Shown here one piece after another: positions 38,553 to 48,472 of a stretch of DNA of 64,000 nt (position 1 is its first letter; each line of letters starts with the position of its first letter). The stretch is from an uncultured Alphaproteobacteria bacterium. GTDB taxonomy: Bacteria; Pseudomonadota; Alphaproteobacteria; UBA11222. The stretch is from contig CAMTVX010000017.1 in NCBI GenBank assembly GCA_947085295.1, forward strand, positions 8,850-72,849. Direction: 5' to 3'. A program made the position numbers and the translations under genes. The notes below the pieces were generated by a model. The model was not told the origin of the DNA. It was given only the letters and a program-made list of their open reading frames with translations, and did not search any database.

Positions 38553-39695
38553 GTGTCAGTCCCTCTTGAGAATATTTTACAGGCCAGTTCTGCTGTATCG
38601 TTTCGCGTACTGGATATCTCGCGGGAGCTTGAGGCGGATCAGCGTCTATTCCAAAGCGAGGCACTAAACAACACGATCATCTTCAAGCAACCCAGCTTTG
38701 CTTTGGATAAGAGTGTTAAAATTCCGGGGCAGCCCAGTGGCGCCAATAAAAAGGGCACTCGCCCAATTCAAACCGCAATCTTTGTTCCAAAAGCACATAA
38801 CGAGCCGGATCTTGGCGGTCACGCAATCTTTATGGGACAACCGAAATTTGCCGAGCTGATGAAAAATCATTGCGGCATCAATATAGCCGATGCCGAAACT
38901 AACGGCAGCGATCTGGCTCTGTTACGGGTGCTGGAAAATGTGCCGTCCTTTGACCCGTTTCTGCTGAAATCCATCCTCGATGACCAAAAAATATCTGTGA
39001 ATGAACAATATCTGAACGTTGTGAAAGAAGAAGAAGCAGAAGTTCGAATGGTTATCGAACAACGCGTACGGCCAATCGTTGAGCGCGCCTATTCCGGCAT
39101 GGCCCCCGCCGAGGCCGAAAAACGTACACAATCCTTTATCGATGGCATTTGGGATCCGGAATCCGCTGACGCCACGGCTTTTATCGCCGCTTTCCGCATC
39201 GAAGCTGCGGCCATTCCGGAAGTATTCGGTGCATGGAAAGGCGTTTCCTACTATCAATATCAATTGCAGCGTATCCGCCCCCGCATTGCCGAACTGCTCT
39301 CATTTTTGCAATCGGAAAATTCGATTCCAATTGATTTCCGCAGGATGATGGGGTCAGAGCGCGAAGGCATCATGATGTTCCGCAAGGATATTCTGCAACG
39401 TTTGCGCAATGCCTACAAGAATACGCAGAGCATTTTACAGGAATGCGATCACGCCTATGACTCGCTCATAAAAGACGGAAATCCATTACCTTTCAGGGAT
39501 TTTCTGTCCACCGCAGTTGATAAATACTGGACGCTTGGCGCCTGTAACTGCTCGCTTGTGCTGGTGGTCGATGTATGGTTGCGTTTTAGCCAGAATGGCC
39601 GTTCAATCCGTTATGAATCTGATATTATAAAAGCCATGTTCGCCGGAATGCGCGCCGCGCTAAGCGCCGAAAATGTCGGAAATTCGATCAACTAA
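38553..39695 (+). CDS. Hypothetical protein, compositionally atypical (about 48% GC against about 60% surroundings), no recognised domain
   Basis: A clean 380-aa ORF. The GTG start has a ggaagg RBS. There is no TM segment and no signal peptide. I recognise no catalytic motif. GC is visibly lower than in the flanking genes. Confidence 0.45.
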   Translation: MSVPLENILQASSAVSFRVLDISRELEADQRLFQSEALNNTIIFKQPSFALDKSVKIPGQPSGANKKGTRPIQTAIFVPKAHNEPDLGGHAIFMGQPKFAELMKNHCGINIADAETNGSDLALLRVLENVPSFDPFLLKSILDDQKISVNEQYLNVVKEEEAEVRMVIEQRVRPIVERAYSGMAPAEAEKRTQSFIDGIWDPESADATAFIAAFRIEAAAIPEVFGAWKGVSYYQYQLQRIRPRIAELLSFLQSENSIPIDFRRMMGSEREGIMMFRKDILQRLRNAYKNTQSILQECDHAYDSLIKDGNPLPFRDFLSTAVDKYWTLGACNCSLVLVVDVWLRFSQNGRSIRYESDIIKAMFAGMRAALSAENVGNSIN

Positions 39696-40157
39696 TTATC
39701 TGCGTTCCTGTTTGAACGGCGCCATGCCCTGATTGGCAAGCGCGTCGGCGCGCTCGTTACCAGGATGCCCGGAATGGCCTTTCACCCAATGCCAGGTTAT
39801 GTGCTGTCGCTCAAGCTGTGATTCCAGCGCCTGCCACAGGTCCTGATTCTTGACTGGTTTTTTATCTGCGGTGCGCCAGCCATTCTTCTTCCAGCCATGA
39901 ATCCATTTGGTGATGCCATCACGCAGATAGGATGAATCCGTATGCAGATGAATATTGCATGGGCGTTTTAGCGCCTTCAGCGCTTCAATCGCCGCCGTCA
40001 TCTCCATGCGGTTATTGGTTGTATCCGCCGCGCCGCCGCAAATGGTTTTTTCTATCCCGTCATGCACCAGCAGCGCGCCCCATCCACCGGGCCCGGGATT
40101 GCCCGAACAGGCCCCGTCCGTATAGACATCAACATGGTCCAGATGCCTGCTGTTCAC
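39696..40157 (-). CDS. rnhA: Ribonuclease HI
   Basis: [22 protein letters not shown]...[10 protein letters not shown]...HTDSSY...[20 protein letters not shown] is the canonical RNase H fold with its catalytic D, E, D and D residues. Confidence 0.9.
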   Translation of the reverse strand: MNSRHLDHVDVYTDGACSGNPGPGGWGALLVHDGIEKTICGGAADTTNNRMEMTAAIEALKALKRPCNIHLHTDSSYLRDGITKWIHGWKKNGWRTADKKPVKNQDLWQALESQLERQHITWHWVKGHSGHPGNERADALANQGMAPFKQERR

Positions 40158-41125
40158 GGATCAATTCCATATTCACCCGGGCCTGTGATATCGCGGTGAA
40201 AGCGCAGCTTGTTCAGATATTCAAGCGGGTCTTTGGGTTTCACCAGCGCGCCATCCACGCGAAACAGCCAGTCATGCAGGCGCGTGAGCAGGAACCGCAG
40301 CGCGGCGCCGCGCGCCAGCAGCGGTAACGCCGCCATTTCAGCCGTAGTTAGCGCGCGCACCGACTGATAACCCGCCAGCATCAGACGCGCCTTGGTGACA
40401 TTAAACGCGCCATCCGCCTCAAAACACCAGGCATTCAGACAGATGGCAATGTCATACGCCAGTGCGTCATTGCAGGCGAAATAAAAATCAATAAATCCAC
40501 TTAGCCTGTCGTGCAGAAAAAAAACATTATCCGGAAACGCGTCGGCATGAATAACGCCCGAAGGTAAATTTTCCGGCCAGTGTTTTTCAAGCTGCTGTAG
40601 CTCGCCTTCCAGCTCCCCGCGAAGGCCTGCGGAAAAATCATCCGCGCGCCCGGCGCATCGCTGGAAAAGTGGCCGCCAATGCTGTACCGATAATGTGTTG
40701 GGGCGTTGCATCGGAAAATTCTGTCCAGCAAGGTGCAACCGCGCCAAACCTTCACCAAGCGCCGCGCAATGCTGCGGTCGCGGACGACGCACCGATATGC
40801 CATCCAGAAATGTCACGATGGCGGCAGGTCGGCCGGCAAGCGTGCGCAGCGCCGCGCCATCGCGCCCATGTACAGGCAATGGACACGAAATACCGCCCCC
40901 CGCCAGATATTCCATCAAGGCAATAAAATATGGCAGATCGGCCGGGGCCACCCGCTTCTCGTACAGGGTCAGAATATAATTTCCACTCCCGCCGTCAGTG
41001 CGTAATAAAAAATTACTGTTTTCAACCCCTTCCGCAATCCCCTTGCAGGAAATCACCTCGCCGATATCATATCCGGCGATAAAATCCTCAAGCTCTTCAT
41101 CGGAAACCTCAGTGTAAACGGCCAT
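40154..41125 (-). CDS. thrB: Homoserine kinase (type II, aminoglycoside-phosphotransferase fold)
   Basis: The N-terminal [36 protein letters not shown] and the [11 protein letters not shown] catalytic loop are present. The conserved alphaproteobacterial ispH-thrB-rnhA synteny is intact. Confidence 0.75.
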   Translation of the reverse strand: MAVYTEVSDEELEDFIAGYDIGEVISCKGIAEGVENSNFLLRTDGGSGNYILTLYEKRVAPADLPYFIALMEYLAGGGISCPLPVHGRDGAALRTLAGRPAAIVTFLDGISVRRPRPQHCAALGEGLARLHLAGQNFPMQRPNTLSVQHWRPLFQRCAGRADDFSAGLRGELEGELQQLEKHWPENLPSGVIHADAFPDNVFFLHDRLSGFIDFYFACNDALAYDIAICLNAWCFEADGAFNVTKARLMLAGYQSVRALTTAEMAALPLLARGAALRFLLTRLHDWLFRVDGALVKPKDPLEYLNKLRFHRDITGPGEYGIDP

Positions 41126-41145
41126 GTGCGTTTCCTCACCCCAGC

Positions 41146-42099
41146 CTATTCAATCAGTATACGGGGTAATTTGAATTCTATATCCTCAACGGTTACGGCG
41201 ATCTCTTCTATGCGCGTATCATAATGCAGGGCAAAAGCTTCAATCACCTCCTGCACGAGAATTTCCGGCGCCGATGCCCCGGCGGTTACACCCAGGCTGC
41301 GTATCCCGTCAAAGCTCGCCATATCAAGCTCGCGCGCATTTTGTACCAGCAAAGCCTTTTTGCATCCCGCGCGCAACGCCACTTCAACCAGTCGCATCGA
41401 GTTAGAAGAATTGGGCGCGCCCAGAACCAGCAGCGCGTCGCATCGCGCCGCAATCGCCTTTACCGCCGCCTGCCGGTTGCTGGTGGCATAGCAAATATCC
41501 TCACGCGGCGGCCCGGTAAGTTCAGGAAACCGCTGCCGCAACACGGCTATAATTTCCGCCGTGTCATCCACCGAAAGCGTGGTTTGCGTGATATAAGCCA
41601 GCCGCGCCGGATCGCGTGGCAAAAACCGCCCGGCATCATTCACCGTCTCCAGCAGTGTCACCGCCCCTGCGGGCAACTGCCCCATGGTGCCGATAACTTC
41701 GGGATGCCCCGCATGGCCGATCAGCACGATCTCGCTGCCCATAGCGTAATGCCGCTGGGCTTCAATATGCACCTTGGAAACCAGCGGGCACGTGGCGTCA
41801 ATAAAAAACAGCCCCTGTTCGTGCGCCAGTTCAGGCACCGATTTAGGCACGCCATGCGCCGAAAACACTACCGGGCGGCCCGGCACAACCTGGTCAAGCT
41901 CGTCAATGAAGATGGCGCCGCGCGCCTCCAGACTTTGAACCACATGCCGGTTATGCACAATTTCATGGCGCACAAATACTGGCGCGCCATATTTCAACAA
42001 CGCCTTTTCAACAATCTGAATCGCCCGGTCAACGCCCGCGCAAAACCCGCGCGGTGCCGCCAGATAAAGTGTTAAAGCCGGTTTGGCCATTTGCTTCAT
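41146..42099 (-). CDS. ispH: 4-hydroxy-3-methylbut-2-enyl diphosphate reductase
   Basis: [15 protein letters not shown]...VRHEIVHN...CPLVSKVH carries IspH Cys ligands. 317 aa. Confidence 0.9.
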   Translation of the reverse strand: MKQMAKPALTLYLAAPRGFCAGVDRAIQIVEKALLKYGAPVFVRHEIVHNRHVVQSLEARGAIFIDELDQVVPGRPVVFSAHGVPKSVPELAHEQGLFFIDATCPLVSKVHIEAQRHYAMGSEIVLIGHAGHPEVIGTMGQLPAGAVTLLETVNDAGRFLPRDPARLAYITQTTLSVDDTAEIIAVLRQRFPELTGPPREDICYATSNRQAAVKAIAARCDALLVLGAPNSSNSMRLVEVALRAGCKKALLVQNARELDMASFDGIRSLGVTAGASAPEILVQEVIEAFALHYDTRIEEIAVTVEDIEFKLPRILIE

Positions 42100-42154
42100 T
42101 CAACATTTGCCATTAGAGTACGCCCCATCATACAAGAGCCTGAAGGAGTTCGCT

Positions 42155-42394
42155 ATGGAAGAGCCTGTAATCGCCGCAAAGCAACCTATTGCCGTTGATG
42201 TCGTTGCTGGCAAGAATTATTTCTGGTGCGCCTGCGGAAAATCCGCCACTCAGCCCTTCTGCGATGGCGCCCACAAGGGAAGCAGTTTCACCCCGGTGGC
42301 CTATAAGGCCGAGGCGGATCGCAAGGTGTTTTTTTGCGCCTGCAAGAAAACCAGCAAAGCCCCTATGTGTGATGGCACCCATAACAAGCTATAG
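42155..42394 (+). CDS. CDGSH-type iron-sulfur domain protein (two CDGSH motifs)
   Basis: The two motifs are CACGKSATQPFCDGAHKG and CACKKTSKAPMCDGTHNK. An aaggag RBS precedes the ATG at 42155. The ORF-track start at 42083 is upstream with no RBS. Confidence 0.75.
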   Translation: MEEPVIAAKQPIAVDVVAGKNYFWCACGKSATQPFCDGAHKGSSFTPVAYKAEADRKVFFCACKKTSKAPMCDGTHNKL

Positions 42395-42458
42395 ATGGGT
42401 TCAGGGGCGTCCTCCTACCGCCTCGAATCTGGTGTTTGACAAGTGATAATTTGAACAA

Positions 42459-43031
42459 ATGCATGTGATTTTCCGTTTGGCGCTGCTTGGCGCACTCTTA
42501 TTTCTTCCCGCCGCCTGTAGCTCTGATAGTGATCTGGGTAAGGTGGCGCTTGTCTGCCCTATGGTCGGCGTCCTGTCTGACGCCGCAATGTTGCGCGAAT
42601 TTGGAGATGGCGCCGCGCGTGATCAGGCCAACACGGCTTATGAGCTGGAGTTCATGCGCGCCCATCTGCTGGAATGTGAATTGAAAGAAAACCGGATGAC
42701 CGCATCCCTTCGCTTTGAAGCGCGGGGCAAGACCGGACCTGCAATATCCTCAAACAATGTTGAATATCCCTATTTCGTGGCAGTGTTGAACCCGGATGGC
42801 GAGGTCATCAACAAAACCATTCGCAAGTCCACGGTAGACTTCAAATCCGGCAAAACCGAAGCATTTTTTGCCCAGGAATATGACGATATTGATTTCACCG
42901 TGCCCGAGGGCAAGGACGGCCTTGGCTACGAAATTCTTATCGGATTTCAGTTAACCCGTGAGCAAATCGAATTCAAACGCGCCCAAAAAACCACACCTGC
43001 ATCCCCACCCGACCTGATCATGCAGGAATAA
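42459..43031 (+). CDS. Hypothetical lipoprotein
   Basis: A signal peptide with the lipobox LFLPAAC-S is present. 190 aa. No recognised domain. Confidence 0.5.
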   Translation: MHVIFRLALLGALLFLPAACSSDSDLGKVALVCPMVGVLSDAAMLREFGDGAARDQANTAYELEFMRAHLLECELKENRMTASLRFEARGKTGPAISSNNVEYPYFVAVLNPDGEVINKTIRKSTVDFKSGKTEAFFAQEYDDIDFTVPEGKDGLGYEILIGFQLTREQIEFKRAQKTTPASPPDLIMQE

Positions 43032-43056
43032 TCAGCGCTCCGGCGCGCGGTCCGGC

Positions 43057-43105
43057 GCAATGACCCCCGCAATGACCCCCGCAATGACCCCCGCAATGAC
43101 AATGG
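43057..43105. repeat. Tandem repeat (gcaatgaccccc) x3.4 in a convergent intergenic region
   Basis: The sequence gcaatgaccccc gcaatgaccccc gcaatgaccccc gcaatgacaatgg is read directly. The unit shares gcaatgac with the termini of the MITE-like elements. Confidence 0.8.
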
Positions 43106-43132
43106 CTCAAACCAGACGCGGGGCTGTTGATA

Positions 43133-44665
43133 TCACTGCCCCTTTTCGGCGGCCGCAGCGAAGCGAACGGCTTCTTCTGCGGCGCGCACCATCGCCCTGG
43201 CTTTGGTGATGGTTTCCTGATATTCCGCTTCCGGGTCGCTGTCCGCTACAACGCCGCCGCCCGCCTGAATATAAACCACCTTGTCCTTGACGACCGCTGT
43301 GCGCAGCGCGATGCAATTATCCATTGATCCGTTGGCGGAGAAATATCCGACGCAACCGGCATAGACACCGCGCTTTTCCTTTTCCAGTTCGTCAATAATT
43401 TCCATCGCCCGGATTTTCGGCGCGCCGCTGACGGTACCGGCGGGAAAGCCCGCGCACAAAGCCGTAATTGCATCGAATTTCGGGTCAATCTTCCCCTCAA
43501 CGTTCGATACCAGATGAATGATGTGGGAATAATATTCAGTCATAAACTGGCCCGTAACCTTGACGCTGCCGATCTGTGACACCCGACCGACATCATTGCG
43601 CCCAAGATCCAGCAGCATCAGATGTTCGGCGCGTTCCTTTTCATCCGTGATCAGATCATGGGCCATCTGCGCGTCCAGTTCCGGGGTTGCGCCGCGCGGG
43701 CGCGAACCGGCGATGGGGCGAATGGTCACCACATCATCGCGCAGGCGCACCAGCAATTCCGGGCTCGACCCGACAATCGCGAAATCCCCAAAATCCAGAA
43801 AGTTCATATAGGGCGACGGATTAATCCGCCGCAACGCGCGGTATAGCGCAAATGGCGGCAATTCAAACGGCATGCGAAACCGCTGGCTTGGCACGACCTG
43901 GAAAATATCCCCGGCACTGATATATTCTTTCGCCCGCGCCACCATTGCATGATATTCCGCCCGCGTTGTGTTGGATTGCGGTTCCGGTAGCGGCGTCAGC
44001 GCATCCAGCCTGTAATTGGCGGTGTGCGGCAGCGGTTTTTCAAAATCCGTAACCACATCATTTAACCGCTCATTTGCCTGCGCATAGGCGGCGCGCGCGC
44101 TTACGCCCGTCTGCGGCCACACCGGCGTAACGACACTCAATATATCCTTCACACTGTCAAAAATTATCATGATCGACGGACGCATGAAAACACTGTCGGC
44201 CAGACCAAGCGGATCAGGATTGGCAGCAGGTAATTTTTCCATCAGCCGCACCATGTCATAACCCATATATCCAAACAGGCCGGTTGCCATGGGTGGCAGG
44301 CTGGCGGGCAGCTCAACGCGCATTTCGCGCACCAGTTTGCGCAGTGATTCCAGTGCACCCGAAGCGCACGGTTCCCACACATTCAAATCGGTACGCGCCT
44401 TGCGGTTGATTTCTGCGCGTTCACCGTAACAGCGCCAGATCAGATCGGGCTTCATGCCAATGAATGAATAGCGTCCACGGGTCGCGCCGCCCTCAACAGA
44501 TTCAAATAAAAAGCTGTAGGGCTGCGCATTCTGCCCCTGATGGGCAAGTTTCAACATCACCGATACGGGCGTATCCAGATCGGCGACCAGATTTGTCCAT
44601 ACCACCTGCGGTGCGCCGGCATCATAGGTTTTGGCGAAAGCGCTAAAATCAGGATCGACCCGCAT
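43133..44665 (-). CDS. trpE: Anthranilate synthase component I
   Basis: The LFESVEGG motif is present (FLFESVEGGATRGRYSF). The chorismate-binding C-terminal domain is GTVSGAPKIRAMEII...AGGGVVADSDPE. 510 aa. Confidence 0.9.
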   Translation of the reverse strand: MRVDPDFSAFAKTYDAGAPQVVWTNLVADLDTPVSVMLKLAHQGQNAQPYSFLFESVEGGATRGRYSFIGMKPDLIWRCYGERAEINRKARTDLNVWEPCASGALESLRKLVREMRVELPASLPPMATGLFGYMGYDMVRLMEKLPAANPDPLGLADSVFMRPSIMIIFDSVKDILSVVTPVWPQTGVSARAAYAQANERLNDVVTDFEKPLPHTANYRLDALTPLPEPQSNTTRAEYHAMVARAKEYISAGDIFQVVPSQRFRMPFELPPFALYRALRRINPSPYMNFLDFGDFAIVGSSPELLVRLRDDVVTIRPIAGSRPRGATPELDAQMAHDLITDEKERAEHLMLLDLGRNDVGRVSQIGSVKVTGQFMTEYYSHIIHLVSNVEGKIDPKFDAITALCAGFPAGTVSGAPKIRAMEIIDELEKEKRGVYAGCVGYFSANGSMDNCIALRTAVVKDKVVYIQAGGGVVADSDPEAEYQETITKARAMVRAAEEAVRFAAAAEKGQ

Positions 44666-44667
44666 GG

Positions 44668-46554
44668 CTATTGCTCTTCAAACAGGCTGATCAACCTGTC
44701 CTGATTTATCTCCACGTCATAGCGTTTTTCCAGCACGGACTGATATTGCGCAAGCACATCCTCGGCAAAGTTTTTGGATAAATCCCGGCCCACCTTTGCT
44801 ATGGCGTCCGTTTTATCTGTCAGCGATGGCGGCGTGATTTCGTGCACCCGCGCGATAACATAGCCGCCGCCGGGGGCGGGTTCGGCAAAGCTGTCGCCAG
44901 CTTTGCCGGTAAACAGTTTGGCAGTTAGCGCGGCGCTCATTGTGTCATCCGTAAAACTGCGGCCAAAAGCCGGACTCCGGATGAGCTTGAGTTTCAGGGG
45001 CTTGGCAATTTCGGCCAGTGATTTTCCGGCTTGCGCGTCTTGCAGCAAATCCCTGGAAATCTGTTCCAGTTTCTCACCCGTTTTTTGCGCCTGCCAGGCG
45101 ACCAGCGCCTCATGGCGCACATCGGCAAGCGGACGCACGGCAGAGGGGGTAACATTATCCACCCGCAGCACATAATATCCGACATCGCTATTTTCACGCA
45201 GATCGCTTTCCGATCCCTCATCCGTATCAAATATATCGGTGATGAACTGCGGATCCATGGGTATGTTCTGTACAGGTTTGCCATCCGGTCCCATGCCCTG
45301 GCGATCAACACCCGCAATGGTGTGCATATTCAGACCGAATTCTTTCGCAACTTCTTCCAGCGACGCGCCCCCGGCGCGCGCATCTTCCAACTGGTTGGCC
45401 CGCTCAACGGCCAGATCAATAGCGCGCGTATAGGCCAGATCTTCGGAGATCGTTGTGCGCACTTCTTCAAAAGGCTGAATACGTTCCTGACGCGCGGCGG
45501 TAATTCTGACCAGATGCCAGCCCAGGGGACTTTTTAACGGCGCACTCACCTCGCGCTCTTTCAACGCAAACACCGCCTCGGCTATTTCTGCCGGCAGCAA
45601 TTCTTTGGTGACCTCCAGAAGCTCCAGTTCTTTTTGATTTACCCCTGCCGCCTGTTTGGCTATGGCCGCAAAATCCTTGCCCGCCTTGATTTTGGCATGG
45701 GCGGCATTCGCCGCTGCTTCGTCAGGCAGCACGAACTGCTGCAAATTGCGCATGCCGGTAACCGTAAATTCCGCAAGCCTTGCGTCATATTGCTCCCGCA
45801 GATCCTTTTCATCGGGCGTGATACCTTCCGCCAGATCATCGGGCCGCAAGGTCAAATAGCTGACCGTGCGAAATTCCTGCGCCGTGAACAGCGCCGCATT
45901 GGCCTTATGATATTCTTCCAGTTGCGCGTCATCGGGATCAGGAATAATTCCAACGGCATTTTGCGGAATATGCAGCAGTTCCGCAACGCGCTGTTCTTCG
46001 CGCAAGGCAAACACTGTTGCCGCAAGTTTTTGTGGCGCAACAGTTCCCGCCGAAATGGCCGCGATCAACTGACGCCGGGTCATATCCAGACGCGAGCGTT
46101 GCAAATATTCTTTTTCGGTAAAGCCATTTTCATTCAATGCGCGCTGAAAAATATTCTTGTCAAATTCCCCAAGCGAATCACGAAAGCTGGTATTTTCGCG
46201 AATATTATTCGCTATCGTCTCATCGGCTGTTGTCAGCGCCAGGGCCTGCGCCTCGCGATCATACATGACGCCAATCAGCTTCTGGCGTAGCACTTCACGG
46301 TCAAATCCCATCTCGCGGGCTTTGGCGGTGCTGAATTCCGGGCCGTATTGCTGTTGCAGACGAAACATTTCACGACGGAAATCATTGTTGAATTCCTGCG
46401 TCGAAATCGTGGTATTCGCTACTTTGGCCAACGGCGCCTCAGCGCTATTGCCCAGAAAATCCGCAACGCCCCAGACAGCGAAACTGATCACCAGAATGAT
46501 CAGGAAAATCCGGGTGAACCAGTTGCCGGTGGTTTTGCGAAGCGACGTAAGCAT
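44668..46554 (-). CDS. ppiD: Periplasmic chaperone / peptidyl-prolyl isomerase PpiD (SurA-like)
   Basis: The N-terminal anchor is MLTSLRKTTGNWFTRIFLIILVISFAVWGVADF. A long chaperone body and a parvulin-like segment follow. About 629 aa from the ATG at 46554. The longer frame in the ORF track includes non-coding leader. Confidence 0.7.
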   Translation of the reverse strand: MLTSLRKTTGNWFTRIFLIILVISFAVWGVADFLGNSAEAPLAKVANTTISTQEFNNDFRREMFRLQQQYGPEFSTAKAREMGFDREVLRQKLIGVMYDREAQALALTTADETIANNIRENTSFRDSLGEFDKNIFQRALNENGFTEKEYLQRSRLDMTRRQLIAAISAGTVAPQKLAATVFALREEQRVAELLHIPQNAVGIIPDPDDAQLEEYHKANAALFTAQEFRTVSYLTLRPDDLAEGITPDEKDLREQYDARLAEFTVTGMRNLQQFVLPDEAAANAAHAKIKAGKDFAAIAKQAAGVNQKELELLEVTKELLPAEIAEAVFALKEREVSAPLKSPLGWHLVRITAARQERIQPFEEVRTTISEDLAYTRAIDLAVERANQLEDARAGGASLEEVAKEFGLNMHTIAGVDRQGMGPDGKPVQNIPMDPQFITDIFDTDEGSESDLRENSDVGYYVLRVDNVTPSAVRPLADVRHEALVAWQAQKTGEKLEQISRDLLQDAQAGKSLAEIAKPLKLKLIRSPAFGRSFTDDTMSAALTAKLFTGKAGDSFAEPAPGGGYVIARVHEITPPSLTDKTDAIAKVGRDLSKNFAEDVLAQYQSVLEKRYDVEINQDRLISLFEEQ

Positions 46555-46732
46555 TGAACTTTCCAGTGAATTGTTGGTTTTACGCACCATAAGTAGCACG
46601 GTTACGTACTGCAAGTTAGCCCATCCTGACAACACCCGGTATCGCGCGACTCCCGTTTCGCGCTCCCCCATCAGAAAGTCATTTGTACTCTATTTGTTCT
46701 TACGCGTCAATCGCTGATTTTTCCCGGAATAT

Positions 46733-47893
46733 CTACCCTGTCAGCGACACGCGCTGCCCCGGATGGCGCTCCAGTCGCCCTGCCAGATCAAGCTCCAGCA
46801 GGATAACCGCAATAGTCGTCACGCTAAGCCCGGATTGTCGCACCAGTTCGTCGATCTCAACCGGTGTCGGCCCCAGCATTTCCAGTATTTCGGGACGCGC
46901 CTTGTCGATCAGGCGCATATCCAGCGCGGGCGGCGAAAATACCGATGTTCTGTCCGGTTCGCCCAGCGGCACGCGCAACAGCGGTTGCAGGGCCTCCAGC
47001 ACATCCTCGGCGGTTTGCACCAGTGTCGCCCCCTGCCGGATCAGGGCATTGCCGCCGCGCGATCTGGGATCGAGCGGCGATCCGGGCACCACGAACACTT
47101 CGCGGCCCTGCTCGCCCGCGTAGCGCGCGGTGATCAGCGATCCCGACTGCGGCGCCGCCTCAATGACAATCACCCCCAGACTGATCCCGGAAATGATCCG
47201 GTTGCGCTGCGGAAAATGCCGCGCCTGGGGCTGCGCGCCCGGCGGCAATTCACACACCAGCACGCCAATTTCCCCAATGCGATGATGCAGTTCCTCATTC
47301 TGTGGCGGATAAATAATATCGATGCCACCCGCCAGCACGGCGGCGGTACCGCTTTCCAGCGCACCATTATGCGCCGCCGTGTCAATGCCGCGCGCCAGAC
47401 CGGAGGTTACCAGCAATTCGTGCTGGCCCAGCGCATGCGCAAGCTCGCGCGCGATGCGAATACCTGCAGCTGAGGCGTTGCGCGCCCCGACAATGGCGAT
47501 ACTGGGTCGCTGCAACAGATGCACCGCGCCCTTGACGCACAGCACCGGCGGCGGCGCATCGCTGGCGGCCAGTGCTGGCGGATATTCCGGTTCGCACGAC
47601 GCGATATAGCGCGCCCCCAGCCGTGCGGCGGCGGCCAGTTCGGCTTCGGCCTCGGCTTTTCCGGCAATGCTGATCGCGCCACGCCCGCCGCCGCGCCGCG
47701 CCAGATCGGGCAGCGCCTCAATGGCGCGGGTCGCCGTGCCGAATTGTGCAATCAGACTGGAAAATGTTGCAGGGCCGACATTGCGGGTACGGATCAGCCG
47801 CAACCAGTCCACCCGTTCACGATCGGAAAGTATCGCCACCTGGCCCCCTTTATTCGGGGCTGGACGCCCCGATACGCGGTTCTTCACCCGCAA
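46733..47893 (-). CDS. dprA: DNA-processing protein A (Smf)
   Basis: The hallmark is GLARGIDTAAHNGAL, in a Rossmann-like fold, with a C-terminal wing. The annotated start overlaps the plsY 3' end by 44 nt, so the true start may lie further downstream. Confidence 0.75.
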   Translation of the reverse strand: MRVKNRVSGRPAPNKGGQVAILSDRERVDWLRLIRTRNVGPATFSSLIAQFGTATRAIEALPDLARRGGGRGAISIAGKAEAEAELAAAARLGARYIASCEPEYPPALAASDAPPPVLCVKGAVHLLQRPSIAIVGARNASAAGIRIARELAHALGQHELLVTSGLARGIDTAAHNGALESGTAAVLAGGIDIIYPPQNEELHHRIGEIGVLVCELPPGAQPQARHFPQRNRIISGISLGVIVIEAAPQSGSLITARYAGEQGREVFVVPGSPLDPRSRGGNALIRQGATLVQTAEDVLEALQPLLRVPLGEPDRTSVFSPPALDMRLIDKARPEILEMLGPTPVEIDELVRQSGLSVTTIAVILLELDLAGRLERHPGQRVSLTG

Positions 47894-48470
47894 TCAGGCG
47901 GCGAATATTATCATAATGCTTTAGCCAGATCACAACTGCAAGTAGTAGTGATAGTTGCATTAACTGGTCCTGACCGAACCACCAGAAATAGAGCGGACAA
48001 AGCGCCGCCGCGACCAGCGCTGCCGCTGATGAAATCCGGAAGATTGCGGCGACCGCGATCCAGGTCGCACAGGCCAGTGCGCCGACAGCCGGGTTTAACG
48101 CCAGCGCAATGCCCAGAAATGTCGCCACGCCCTTGCCGCCTTTGAAGCGCAGCCAAACGGGAAACAGATGCCCGAAAAACGCCCCCGCCGCCGCGCATAC
48201 GGTTACATCCGGGCCATAATTCTGGGCAATCAGCACGGCTGCCGCCCCCTTGCCGCCATCCAGCAGCAAAGTCAGCAGCGCCAGAAATTTATTTCCGGTG
48301 CGCAACACATTTGTCGCGCCAATATTACCCGAACCAATCGCGCGAATATCCCCCATGCCCCCCAGCCGGGTCAGGATCAGACCAAACGGAATGCTGCCCA
48401 GCAGATATCCGCCCAACAGCGCCACCAGTAAATAGGGCGCAGACAGGCCCCAATCCATCGGATTTGGCAT
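47850..48470 (-). CDS. plsY: Glycerol-3-phosphate acyltransferase PlsY
   Basis: GSIPFGLIL...GSGNIGATNVLRTGNK are PlsY signature motifs. The protein is multi-TM. Confidence 0.85.
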   Translation of the reverse strand: MPNPMDWGLSAPYLLVALLGGYLLGSIPFGLILTRLGGMGDIRAIGSGNIGATNVLRTGNKFLALLTLLLDGGKGAAAVLIAQNYGPDVTVCAAAGAFFGHLFPVWLRFKGGKGVATFLGIALALNPAVGALACATWIAVAAIFRISSAAALVAAALCPLYFWWFGQDQLMQLSLLLAVVIWLKHYDNIRRLIAGEEPRIGASSPE

Positions 48471-48472
48471 GG

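Noticed and set aside
43057-43105. CRISPR array
   Set aside because: The repeats are 12-bp head-to-tail tandem units with no spacers. There are no cas genes.
45031-46290. Plus-strand ORFs (168 and 218 aa) antisense to ppiD
   Set aside because: Arg/Gly/Phe-rich low-complexity translations. ppiD on the minus strand has the expected anchor and domain order.
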